NCBI RefSeq assembly: GCF_000002865.3
Contig: NW_001865049.1
Location: 316,331 to 380,330 of the forward strand
DNA length: 64,000 bases
From: Monosiga brevicollis MX1
Lineage: Eukaryota
Reading direction: 5' to 3'
Part shown: positions 1 through 13,000 of the stretch, in pieces
Layout: each line of letters starts with the position of its first letter
How positions within the stretch are numbered: the stretch's first letter is position 1
Program-made: the position numbers and the translations under genes
Notes under the pieces: generated by a model
What the model was told of the DNA's origin: nothing
What the model saw: only the letters and a program-made list of their open reading frames with translations
Database searches by the model: none

Positions 1-1812
1 CACACACAGACACAGACAAAGACCCAGACACAGACACACACACGCACTAGTTGGGATGCGCGTGACTGCGGTAAGAGCTGTTGTCTTCAATCCAGCGATC
101 CAAGCACCGAAGTACGGGGTGTTTGCCTAAATAAAGTGAGGAGGGTGGGGATAAGGGGCAAGGCAACGGGCCTGATGCTCAAGGCGCAGCCACTATGATT
201 GGGAGATCCAGGAGCAAGCAAGTCTGTAGTCCAGTGGCACCAACGTTTGCCAGTTTTGTAGTCGTTGAAATCGCGATCTTGCGCCACCTCTTCCTGGGCT
301 CGCCGCTGGCGACGCTGGTTGAGCACGATGGCCGGGACCTGGACAGGCTTGTCCTTGTAATCTGAATAAGCATTGACGATGGCACAAGAGGATGAGCGGG
401 CTTACTGAGGCCATGGGGTGCTGCGACATCATGGATCACGACTATGCCCACCGTTCATGAGCTGTAAAATGCGAGTTTTGGCTGGAGAGTCTTGGTAATC
501 CTCGATGATGTCGTGAGGCGATTCATTGTCCCCATTGGGGTTGTAAGCATCTGCGCCAAAGGCCAGCAGAACCTCAACCGCGTCAGGCCTCGTGTAGCGC
601 ACGGCCTCGTGTAGGGCCGTGTTCTTGGAGTCGGGGTCCTAGAGCAACCCAAGGTGATTGAGATGCCGGGAAAAGTTCGACTGCCATATTGAGGAAGATT
701 TGGGATGCAGGCTCACCTGGGCGTTGACGTCAGCACCCATGTCTAGAAGAAGGCGGCACAGCTCGGCCTTGCCCTTTTTGGCGGCCTCGCTCAGGGCTTT
801 AACGGAGTGCACCACCTTGACGTCGTGATCCAAGAGGAAGGAAACGGCATCCTTGCGGTTGTAGCGCACAGCAATGTCCAGGGGCGTATCACCCTCATCG
901 GTCCGTGCGTGCACGTCAGCCCCATGGTCCACCAATAGGATTAGCATGAATGTGTGGCCCGTCTAATTTGCATGAGAGGGTGAATCGGTGCATTTTGCCA
1001 GACGCTGGTATACATGGCCGCGCTTGGCAGCCCAGCCAGGCCTACCTGAGCGGCATGATGAAGAGGCGAGGCGCCAGAGTTGTTGATGATGTTGGGATCA
1101 GCGTTGAGCTTCATCAGCAACTCGGCAATGTCACTGCTGCTTGCACGTTCCTGCCATGCTGCCATGTGTAGGGGGGTGTTGCTGGCGCAGCGGTGGTGGG
1201 ATGAGGTGCAGCACCCTGCCGGCATCGCAAAGGCATGTGGCTCAGCTCACCCTTGCGAGTCTTGGGCATTGACGTTGGCACCGAAAGCGAGCAGCATCTC
1301 CACAACATCAATGTGTCCTTGGAAGCAGGGGCCAGATGCGGCAAGGATGAGGGCGCCGACTGTTGCTCGGGGCGGGGTTGGAGTGAGGCACACTCACCAG
1401 CAAGGACGGCATTGATGAGTGCAGTGTTGCCATTTTCATCGCGCACATCCATGCGCACACTGGGCGCGGCTTGTTGTGGAATCAGCTGGCCATTGTGGTC
1501 CTTGAGATGTACGGCCTGTGTGGTGCAAAGTGAGCACGGCCATCGCGATCAAGACCAACAAGGCTGAGATAGAAGCCAGCCACAAGACATACCTTGTGTG
1601 TTTCTTGAGGGCGGCGCTTTTTGATCGACCCCAACAGGGAAGGCTTGACTTGACCCGTGAGAATGCCCTGTGTTTGAACAAGGATTGAGGTGAGTCGAAG
1701 AAGTAGCCATCGAGAGCACAGTCGCACACAAGGCTGAGCACCTAACCATCAGCTTTTGCAGATCTCCCGAGGCAGCAGCCTTGAGCAATTCACCATCTTC
1801 CTTCTTGCCCAT
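1..1812 (-). CDS. Ankyrin-repeat protein, Caskin/ANKS1-like N-terminus; multi-exon, probably continues off the left edge
   Basis: Spliced reading MGKKEDGELLKAAASGDLQKLM|GILTGQVKPSLLGSIKK...NGNTALINAVLAG...NTPLHMAAWQ...SPLHHAAQ...TPLDIAVRYNR...ALSEAAKKGK...NTALHEAVRY. This resembles Caskin MGKEQEL...KLLGSTKK...PLHYAAWQ. A probable donor near 47 suggests further exons outside the window. Confidence 0.8.
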
Positions 1813-2207
1813 GATGTCAGTCCGTGGTCCAGCACTGGATGAGCACGGCTCTGCACGGATGCCCCAGCAGGTGTCAGTCAATCAATCCATCAATCTGCCC
1901 GTACCAGGGGGTCGAGCTCGCAAGGTTGTGGGGATAGCCGTGACAATTTGGCCCAAGCAGACCTATGTACTCTTGGTACTCACTTGGACCAAGTATCAAC
2001 CCAAAACCACTGGCCGTGCTGTGGTAGCAACGCCTTCACAACTTGCTCAGATGGCCCCAAGGCCAGAAATGTGAGCCGCTGCCGTCGATCGAGTCGCCCA
2101 CTGATCACAACCGCCACAACAACACTAAAATACAACAATAACAACAGTTAAAAAATACACACACTGTTCATGTCAGATTCAAATTGTCAGACGTTTCTTC
2201 GAGAGGA

Positions 2208-2212
2208 GAGAG

Positions 2213-2255
<43 letters not shown>

Positions 2256-2258
2256 TGA

Positions 2259-2304
<46 letters not shown>

Positions 2305-2337
2305 TGAGTGAATGTGTGAGTGAATGTGTGTGTGAGT
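2208..2337. repeat. (GA)n followed by (GT)n microsatellite in a divergent intergenic region
   Basis: Directly visible dinucleotide runs. Confidence 0.95.
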
Positions 2338-2527
2338 GTTTTTTCACGCGCAGGGTTGTCGACCATCACGGACGCCGAGTGTAGCATCGACGATTGTCTT
2401 GGCTGCTGGGTGCTGGTGGCCATCGGCTGGGAACTGGGTTCATTTTGGCAGTCGCGGATAAGCTTGCCGGGTCGTGCGTGTCCACGCCTGTTTTCTGGTC
2501 TTTTTCGAGCGGTGGCAAGGCAACACC

Positions 2528-3742
2528 ATGGGCAAAAGCAAGCAAAGTGAGCGCCCCGTGCGCCAGGCCGTCGAGCAGGTTCCAACCTCGGAAGAGGAGG
2601 AGGAGGAATATACGCCGCTAGCAGATGCAGAGGACCTAGATAGTGATGGGGACATGGGCGACGTCCAGGGCGACGAGTTTGATGACGTTGATGAGGATGC
2701 TGCCGACGGCTCTGACGACGATGCGGGGGCAAGCGACGATGAAGCTGAGGATAGCGGCGATGAGGCCGGTAATGAGGCCGAGGCTGAGATTTCTGATCAA
2801 GAAATCGATGCTCTGCCTGAACCAACAGCGGCAGCCATGACAGATGTTATGGCCAAGTTGCTCGGGGCTGAAGCACCGGCAAAACGCACTGGCAAGCGTA
2901 CCCGCACCTCCGCCCACAAGCTGGATGCAGAAGCGGATGAGGAGAGTGAGGATGAGGGTGAATCCAAGGGCCCAAAAGTTAATCCCTTTCTGGCCCGTGA
3001 TCTGCCCACCATCAAGGCTGTGCAAGCTCAGAAACTGGCCGAGCGACGAGAGCGCGTACGTCTTGAAACTGCCGTCTTGTCTTCCGCCTGACCGCGCCCG
3101 CGACCCAGCCTTACCTTTTCTGACACCGCCTGCTCATCTGATTGGTGCGCAATCTGCCGACCCACAGGAGGCTCTGCGAGCCAAGCGTGAAAAGGTTGAT
3201 GATCAGCATCGCGAGGCCATTGACTTCCGGCAAGACCGTGAGCGGGCGCTCTTGCGGGTCGCTACTCGTGGCGCCGTCGCGCTCTTCAACGCTGTCAAGT
3301 CGCAGCAACGCGAGGAGGAAACCGCGCGACGTGCGACCAAGGTGGACAAGGCTGGATTTCTGGACCTCCTGCGCACAAAATCATCCGGACACCAGGTAGC
3401 TTTGCCATGTACAATGTCTGAGCGATTGTCAATTTGCCGAATCAGGCGCCCCTATCCCATGACTGCTTCTGACAAATGGTCAATGTACACAATCCCAACT
3501 TCTTTGCAGGAGGAGGTTGAGGAGGAGCACCAAACCAGCAAGGCTGAGGCGTCCTGGTTGACTGACAGCTACTTGGTGAAAGACACGGCCGAGGACGAGG
3601 ACGAAACAGCAATGGTGCGTATGAATAAAAGCCAATCTCGACGCGGTTTAGCGCGGTATCTTTCTCACTCGGGGCCCCTTGTGCTGCCTAGTTTGAGAAC
3701 GAGCTGGAGTCTGAGGAGGAAAGCGAAGCCGAGTATGAATGA
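2528..3742 (+). CDS. RRP15: RRP15-like pre-60S ribosome biogenesis protein (multi-exon)
   Basis: Acidic N-terminus, then ERALLRVATRGAVALFNAVKSQQ, DKAGFLDLL and SWLTDSYL, matching the Rrp15p motifs; last exon FENELESEEESEAEYE*. Confidence 0.85.
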
Positions 3743-4406
3743 GAGACGTGTTGCAAAGCCTTTGCTCAGATATACAACGCGGGGCCCGCGGCCCGATGTA
3801 ACGATGTGAATGGGGGTGGTAGTAACGTCTGGCGCAAAAAATGGTTCGCACGCTTCAATACCGATGAGAGACTTCGCGAGCATGCTTTTGCTTTGACACT
3901 TTGCAGTCAAGATGGTGCTTCAATTGGACATCCCAAAGAAAAAATCAGGACAAGGGATCGCGGATACAAGCAGGTGTCTGAAGCCAACCACGACCAGTAC
4001 ACACAAGAGAATGGGGAGACAATCGGAAGGGAATCAGGGCTTGATGACCTGAGCCACTTGCAAGCTAATCTGACAAGGTCAAAGTGCAGACGAGCCTTCG
4101 TAGTATCAACACTCAACACGATGCAAAGCGTGCCCATCGTCGCTGCTTGGCTCACATCTGCAAAGAGGGGCAGGTTAAGGGAAAGCTGTGCTGGAAAGCG
4201 GCGCAGAAGGAGGGGAAGGGATATGCATGTGTTCCTCCGCCTGTCCTCAATCCACTCCTAGAAGTCGCAAAGACGACAGAGAACGATGGCAGAAAAACAC
4301 TACGGACCACAAGAATCAGGATAGATCAAGTGAGGAACGATGTTGATACCAACAATATTGCTCGACCAAGGGAAGCAAACTCGCCTCATCAACCAAATCA
4401 CTGACC

Positions 4407-6368
4407 TTAGTTGGCAGCGTCCTCCTTCTCTTCCTTGGGCTACAAAAATCGACGCGTGCATGAGCAAACCACTGCAACCCAGCTGGAGCAGGCTCTCAAT
4501 GCAAGGCAAAATGATTGTGGGGCGCCAGAGGCCACGTAGCAGGCTCACCTTGGCACCGCCGAAAACAGCGCTGTCGGTCTCGCTCACGGCACCGACGGGG
4601 GTGTCAACAGTGCGCTTTTTCAATTGCAGGCGAGGGCGGCCTGGAGCCGGAGTGGTTGCTGAAAGAGGGCAGCCAGACAGATACAGAAACGATCAGTCGG
4701 CAGAGAACTGATGTTCGTCTGTTGAGGATGGGCGATCGGTTTACACTTACAAGCTGGCTTGAGGTCTTCAGAGGCGCTGCTGCGGCCGCGACCGTCAAAG
4801 CCACCATCACGGCGTCCATAGCCACCATCACGGCGCTCGTAGCCGCCGTCGCGGCGCTCGTAACCACCGTCACGACGATCATGTTGGGGGCGATCCTGGA
4901 AGCGACCGCCCTGGCCGCCATGAGGAGGGCCACCAGAGGGTGGACCGCCAGCCGAGCCTTCACGGAAATTCTTGCGATCACCGCGCTTGCCTAAAAAAAA
5001 AATAAGGTACGCCGAGCAGCAATGCAATGCAATCATGAACAAAATCAAGGCGAAAAGCCGACGCGAGTAGCCGTTGAACAAGAAAGAAGGAGACGAGGGA
5101 CCTGGACGCACCCTTGCCCTCGGACACGTTCACACGAATGCGACGCTCGTTCACTTCCTAAACAGCGGGCGAATGGGGAAGCGTGAGGTACGGACGGATG
5201 TCGCTTTAAGAGAAAGAGAAAGGGTATCTGCATCGTTGAGGCAGCAGGAAAGCAGCAGGGCGGGGGCCCAAACACGAGACACGTACAACGCCATCGAGCT
5301 CAAGAGCGGCCACAAGCGATTGGCGGTCTTCAAACTCAACAAAAGCGATGCCCTTGAACTTGTTGGTCATGCGGTCACGGACCATACGGATTGATCGAAT
5401 CTGTGCTTGGAATCCAGAGTTTGGCGTGAGTAAAAGCGAGCCGCAGCATTGAGCTTGAAAGCTTCGAAAAATCACCCGAGAACGATGCAGTCAGCAGGTG
5501 CGCCTGAAACACCGACCTTGGCATCGGGGAAGATGTACTGTTCAAAATCGCCCTCGACAATACCGTCAAAAAGGTTGCCAACAAAAACCTCAAAGGGAGG
5601 TTCGTCGGGGATGGGAAGCGAGGGCCGACTACCCAAGGCATCAAGTGCACGCACAAGCCGACAGAAATGAGACAGCCATCAAACAAGCATGTATCATTCA
5701 GGCAACTGGGGGTGGAAACGCTGAACAGCTTGGCAGAAGAATGCAGCTTTCTGCCAGACAAGTGGGGCGTTCACATCTCAAGCGTTGTGGTGTCGGGGTA
5801 GACTGGGAATACGTACCGGCCACCACCGTTACGGTCCTGAAAGCCGCGGTTGTCGCGCTGCTGGTAGCCACCACGGCCACGGCGATCAAAGCCACCGCTG
5901 CCACCGCTGGAAAAGTCACGATCTATGATCCAACGGGTCACAAATGAGGGTGGTATGAAAATAAGTCTGAGATGGTATGAACGGAAGGGTGCGGGGTCGG
6001 CATCTGGTGCTGATGCCTCGAGGCTGCTCGACTGCTCGACCGTTGCTACTCGCTGCTGTCACAACAACTCTCGATTCAGGGAAGAGCGCACACCAATATC
6101 GAGGAGCAATCCAGCATTTGGGACCAAGCCCTCGACCAGCACACTGTGTTCCATTCTGAAATGCATTTCCCATGCTTGCCATTCCAGCGCTCAGCGCCAA
6201 GCCCGAACAGAGAGGTCCGGGCTGCCAGAGAGAGAGAGAGAGACCGGTCACACGACCGACACACACACACACACACACACACACCAGCGCTCACTACAGC
6301 AAGCACCACGCGGCCTTGAGTCTTTTGTTCTCATGTACGTAACACTTACCAAAGAAGCGATCACCCAT
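4407..6368 (-). CDS. EIF4H: Translation initiation factor eIF4H (eIF4B/4H family RRM protein), multi-exon
   Basis: MGDRFF|DRDFSSGG..., PDEPPFEVFVGNL (RNP2), KFKGIAFVEF (RNP1), and C-terminal RPRLQLKKRTVDTPVGAVSETDSAVFGGAK|PKEEK matching eIF4H RPRLQLKPRTV...SAIFGGARPRE. Confidence 0.85.
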
Positions 6369-7081
6369 CTCGCAGGTCAGGTTGCAAGCTGAAAAATGCG
6401 CTTTCAAGCAGAACTGCAGTGAAGGATCGGCTCTTGCGCAAGAGCGCCTTCGCGTTGCTGTGAGAAATTGAATCATTGGAAATTAACTTTTGCCGACAAA
6501 TTGATATAAACTTCTGCAAGGTAAAAACACACTGACTGGTTTCGTCAAATCGAAACTCAGGTTGTTTCACACCTGCGTCGTCCGTCCTGTCTGCAGATCC
6601 AAAGGGACGGAAGTGATCGTTACAGAAACGCAGGACCCCTCCTCACTGAGGTTGGGCAGTCGGATCGGAGAACCACAGCCAGTGTCCCGTCATCCAAATC
6701 AAAAGACAGAAGATCGTCAACGGCAGACACACGACACGCGACACACGACACAATGAACATCAAGACAGAGTCGTGTACGGAAGATAGAATGTATACACAC
6801 ACGTACACGTTCCGTCGATCTCTCTAAAATCTGAAAAAAAAAAAAAAAAAAAAAAAAATCTGTTTTTCGTGTGTGTGGTGTCTGTGCGTGTGCTTGACCT
6901 TGATGGGGCGTTTCCTTCGCGAGACGATTCAAGACGGCAGCGGACAACATGTGTGGTGCTTGACTGCCGCGATTTTGCATGAGACACGCTAGAGAAACCA
7001 AGGACTGCGTGTGGGGAAGGTTGCATTCTGGATTGGCCGCGCTTGACGTTTCCGATCGCCAGCGAGGCGTCCAGAGGCAAG

Positions 7082-10000
7082 ATGACAAGCCATATCGAGC
7101 CCGCCAGCCTTGCCGCAACGCAGGATCTTACCAGCCTCGAGGAGCTCTCAAGCGAAACAATTTGCGAGGCTCTGGCAGCTCGCTACGCGCACGATGATAT
7201 CTATGTAAGCATGCCACCGCAAGCCGTTCCCCGGCTTCAACCCCACGTGTCTGCAAGTTTATGCCCTTTCGTACGCAAAACTCTTCTCACGACACAAGAT
7301 TCGAATGGGACGATAGACATACGTGGGTGACATTCTGGTCGCGCTCAACCCCTTTCGTAACATCGGCATCTACAGCGAGGCTGCGCACGCCAACTACACA
7401 CACACGGCTGGTCGGGATCTTGCGCCACACATCTTCGCTTTAGCAGACCGTGCATACAGTTCGCTGGTCAGCCAGAATCAATCGCAGGTAGGCCATGCTG
7501 CTGCTCACGCCCCGCCGTTGAGCCATGGCAGTAATAAACTAAAGTGTAAAAGGTTTTCAACCTTCTGTTACAAAGTCTCAGCCCCCTCTTACCTGCACCA
7601 ACAGGTGTGCGTCATCTCCGGCGAATCAGGTGCCGGCAAAACAGAAACATCAAAATACTTTCTGCAGCACGTCATCTACTTGGCCAATCACCAACGTCCT
7701 GGCGCTGCTGCCTTTCATGACATTCATCACCGCATCAGCCAAGTGCGACTCGGGCCCTGTGATCCTTTCCCTCCATCCTTCGCAACCGCAATAAAAGCAC
7801 GCACGCCCCTGACTGCTGTCTTTTTGCAATCTACATTAGACTTCGCCGATCCTCGAGGCTTTTGGCAACGCCAGCACATCAGCCAATGCCAACTCCAGCC
7901 GCTTTGGCAAATATCTAGAACTCAAAGTTAGCCACCCACTGTATTGAACCCAGGCTGCTGTTTGTGTTTCTCACAAGGACACCGGGGGCGCGCCGCTGTG
8001 GCGTTACTAGTTTGACGCCAACTGCGTGCTCGTTGGTGCGACGCTGCGACACTACTTGCTTGAACACAGCCGTACCGTGGCGGGCGTGACTGGCGAGCGT
8101 AATTATCATGTTTTTTACTACATGTATGCCGGTCTCTCAGCAAGCGAGCGTGCCCAACTGGAGCTGCCTGATCCCAACCTGCATCGGTACGGGCGCCTGA
8201 CGCCGCCCTTTTTTCCATGTCAATGAATCGGCTTACGGCATGGATCTTTCCGAAATACACGTGCACGCACCCACACGCCACTGCCGGCCATCATTAGGTT
8301 TTTTGGCGATGAGGTCCCACGCCTTGACGATCCGGAGGCGGCAAAGGCTTGGCAAAACTTGCAGGTGCTCCTGCCATCCTCCCAGCATCTCCGTCCTCCT
8401 TGTTGACCTACCTGACTTTGTTGTCCTACCTGACTTTGTTGTCCTCACGGACTGAAAACATGAACCCTGTGTCCGACGGCAGAAATCCTTGCACGACGTT
8501 GGGCTAACCCAACACGCCGTCCATGAGCTGCAGCGCATTTTGGCAGCTGTGCTGCACACCGGCGATATTGTGATTGAGCAAGACAGCAACGACGATGCGC
8601 AATTTGACAACGTGGCGACGGTTGGCAGGATTGCGAGCCTATTGGGGGTTACCCTCGGCTCGCTGGCAGAAGCTCTCTTGAAGGCCCGCATTCACATTCG
8701 CGGTGAAACGTATCACCGTCCACATACGCAACATGAAGCCGAACTTGTGGTTGATGCTCTAGCCAAGGCGCTCTACGGCCATCTGTTTGCTTGGCTCATG
8801 CAAAACCTGGACACGTTGCTGACGCCCACCCAGCCCGCCACCCGTACAGACCTCGGTATCGGCATCCTAGGTCAGTTTGCCCCAACCCTCTGCTGCTCTT
8901 CTACGTCGTAAATAAACGGCCCACCGTCTTGCTTTTGGCTTTGGAATAGACATTTTTGGGTTTGAGAATTTCGAGCGAAACAGCCTCGAGCAGCTGATGA
9001 TCAATTTTGCCAACGAACGACTTCAATTTTATTTCAATGAGGTCAAGCTCTGCGACATGTGCATTGTCTTGCACGAGTGCAGCCGCATGTACGCCCTCGT
9101 CCGTTGGTGCTAATCCGTCTTGCCCGACTACCACCCCCTCTCGCGTCCAACACTTGCAGAACATCTTCAGTAACGAGCTGCAGGATCTGCAGGCCGAAGG
9201 AATCGGCATCGACGACCTACAGTTCCAAGACAATCTTCCCACTCTTCTGCTCTTCTACGGCAACAAACCACAGCCTGGGCTTTTGCAGTTACTGGACGAG
9301 GAGTCGCGTTTCACGAGCGGTACGGACGGTGACAATCCATCTGGGCTCGCTGAAAGCCACATGGTTTTCTTCATTAGTACACCATGCAGCCATACAAGAA
9401 AGTCCTCACCACCTTGCTGCGTTGGCCGAACCGTAGCTACGGATGAAACCCTGGTTGTTAAGCTGAACAACATCTTGGGAAGTGATCCAGTCTACCTCAC
9501 CTGCAAACACGCTGATCGCTTTGGTGTGCGGCACTTTGCTGGTACCATTACTTACGATGTGCATGGTTTCTTGGCCAAAAATCGTGATCCTTTGTCGCCG
9601 GCTGTTAGTACATGCCTCATGCCCAATCCAATCTCTCTTGCTCGGCCAAAACACGGCGCATCCCAGCTCTGCCAGCTCATTTTTTTATTTGTTTTTTATT
9701 TTTGTTTCTTGGACGCGCGAAACGCACTTGCATGGGCATTCCCTCTGCCCGATGGCCTTCAGATGCTCGAGGTCTTGGCCTCTGGCAGCAACGTGGTGCT
9801 GGAGGATATGTTTGGACTGGGCAGCGACAAGTTTGCAAACGAAAGTTTGCCTCAGTCGCGAGCCGTGTCTCGTCAAAAGCGACGCTCAAGCTCAGCTGCA
9901 TTGCTGCTACCCGCGCCCGGCCGTCGGAGTGGTCGAGCCTCCCAAAGCGGCAGTCGCTATGACCTTTTACCCTCCCAGCCCTCACAGACCAGGCTTTCAA

Positions 10001-13000
10001 ATGGCAGCAACGGTACGCTCAGGTTTCGTGGTGCAAATCCTATCGACCTGCTTTCGCAGCCTTCTCAGAGCATGTTTTGCACTTGCGTCGGTGCGTTTGC
10101 AGAGGTGGGGACACGACGTGGCTCAGCCATCAGGTATGCTCGCCGCTGTCCGAAGAGCTATGGGATTGCTGTCAGTGTCAGGGCCTCATTCTGCTTTTGC
10201 TTGGTCATTATTTTACCATTTGTCGCTCGTGTCTTGCGTGTGTCTTTAGCTTGCTTAATTTGATGCGCCCTCGGCGTTCTTCGTACAACATTACGACCGC
10301 ACCTCCTCCTGTGGCTGAGACCGCAAGCGCAACGCGTCGCCATCTGCAAGCATCAGGGGTACGTACTAGGCGATCAACCAAGCAAGGCTGCCGGCTGCTC
10401 ATCGCACCATAGGCCAAAGGACTAACTCACGGCGCTCGATGGTTTGTCCGAGATCAGAGCACCACACTGAGTGGCCGCTTTGCGACCTCTTTGGACGAGT
10501 TGATTGAACGGATGCAGCGCTGCAACCCGCACTTTGTGCGCTGCATCCGTTCCAATGCGGCGTGTGAAGCAAAAGTTTTTGGTGTGTTTTTATCAACTGT
10601 GTCTTTCCTCGCCCCACCGGTGTGAGCCGCCGTCAGTCCTTTTGCTCGCTTGTCGCTCAACTCACGGCTGTTTTGTCGGCATCAACTAGAGCGTGCGCTG
10701 GTGTTGAAGCAGCTCAATTACACCGGTGTTTTAGAGACGACGCGTATTCGACGTGAAGGCTACTCGCACCGCATTGTGTTTGCTGATTTTGTCCGACGGT
10801 AAGGTGGCTAGTTGTGGCCGGTAGCTTGAGCAGCATCGATAATCGCATGTGTCGAAACGGTGAGACTCATGGCTCATATGATGCGCACTGGTGGTGGGAG
10901 CACAGCTACCGACACATTGGCTTTGCCCATACGACTCATGTCAAAGCCAACCCTGAGGCTTGTCGTGTGATCCTGCAGGCTGCTGAGCAGTTCCTTCGGA
11001 CACAAAATGAACAGGTGCATCTTGTTTCTTGCATTCTGCCGTGCCTTTTGTCAATCAAACCAACCCCATAACGGCTGAAGCGCATTTGGCTCACGTCCCT
11101 ATGCTCACAGCTTCAGGATCGTCTTCCCAGGCTAGATGGCTGGCAGATGGGGCACTCGAAGATTTTTCTCAAGTATTGGCATTTGGATGCCTTGCAGGCC
11201 ATCACCCAACACTACGATGCTGCGGCAACGGCCCTGCAGGCACGTTGAACCAACACCGGGCGACGGGTTTCCTCCAGCTCATGCTATACCTGTCCGGCAC
11301 TCACTTTTTGCCATTGTCTGCCATATGGGTAAAATATAGAGCTGCTTGCGCGGCTACCATGCCCGGCGACATTTCCATCAGATGCAGGCGAGTCTTGGCA
11401 AAGAAACAATGCTCGGTCCCAACACGTTGTGTTCTCATGTGCTTGCTCCTGTCGTTGTAGGCCGAGCAACAAAAACGCCGGGCTCTGGCCATGACGTTCT
11501 TCCAAGAGATGCGTGGTGTGAGCAAAGTCATCTTTCAATCGCTAGTTGCACTTGCGGACGCCGATGGCGAGCGTGTGTCTTTGGTACAGGCTCGCGCCTC
11601 CGCCCATCGTGACCGACAACGACATAAAGCCATCAACAAGTTTGATCGCAAGGACTTTTTCAAGTCAATCCACAAGTCTCGCCGTGACGTCGAAGGATGG
11701 TGGCTTCGCCATGAGCACCCACTCGGTACGTTTCCGTTTCTACAGCCAACGCAAGCAACAAAAGCATTCAAAACCCATGGACTGCTCGTTGATCACAAGG
11801 CCATGATGGGAAATGTGTCAAGTTGACCGCCCCCGACCCTTGGCCGTTTTCGGTGTCGTTGCTCGTAAAGTGCAGTCAATCTGGTCAACGTATGCCTGCT
11901 CTATGCGTAGGTAATCATTGCGACGCTGAGTTTCAGGTCTATTCCTGGTTCCATGGCTTGCTGGATCGTACCGGGGCTGACCTGCTACTGGAAGATACGG
12001 AGGATGGCACATTTCTGGTGCGCGTTTGCCAAGCGTATCATGGCTACGCCCTGGCCATGAGAACACCGACGCGCACACAGCACTTCAAAATAGAACTGAA
12101 CACCACGACGGTACGGTATGACTGGGCCATGCCCAAAGGGGCAGGCAGCATTATGCCGCCCGACGTCTAAGACCATGTTCTCACCCGCGCCACCTTCCTT
12201 TGTCTGCGGCATGGCCCACAGCATTGTTACGCCGTCTCAGGTCACCCAGAATTGTCATTCGACAGCTTGAATAAGCTCATTCAGCACTTCAAACAGCAGC
12301 CCATCGGCAACTTTGAGCTGAAAGCTGCCTTGGCCTGCCAGCACCCCTATCAACTTGGTGACTTGGACGTGCGCATTTGCAACGGAGTCGATACATCCCT
12401 CACACCTCAAAGCGTGGCCAAGGCTCGCCCAAAGCCGGTACGTTTTGACCAAATGTCTTTTTCTAGCGCGACACACACTTAGTTCTAGGCCGATTTAGCT
12501 TTTATTCTGCATTCACACCTGGTCGGCTGCGTTGTAGGTCATTGACATTCAGGTCGAAACGTCATTGCCAACACCCCCGCAGCCGTCACCGCGCCCCTCG
12601 CTTGCAAAAACAGAGCCTGTTGTCCAAAACACTTTGACCACATCGGTGCCGACTCCAGGTCCCAATTTCCGCCCCGAGTCCGAATATCAGGTGCCCGTGG
12701 GGGTGGGTTCACCGCCCTCGGCTACCACACCGCCTCCGGCTGTGACACCACCCATACCTGGGCCCGTCTCAACGCTACCCGGGATCAACTTGCTGGCAGT
12801 TGGTGGAGTTTCAACGCCTCCCAATGTTGACGTACGGCAATTGCGTGCGCTGGGGGGCATCATCGAATTTGATCCCAGCAAGTATCAAGCTGCCGGGCCA
12901 CCTATGCCTGAGACGATGTACCTGGACACAAGCTGTCCCAAGCCCCAGTGGCTACGTGGCCGAATCAGCCGTTTTGATGCCGAGCGCGAACTGCGCCACC

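Noticed and set aside
1436..1741. ORF with a TM-like stretch (YVLWLASISALLVLIAMAVLTL)
   Set aside because: It spans introns and off-frame exons of the ankyrin gene; the hydrophobic part is intron sequence.
8400..8446. 18-bp tandem duplication (CTACCTGACTTTGTTGTC)
   Set aside because: Intronic slippage duplication without spacers; not CRISPR-like or functional on present evidence.
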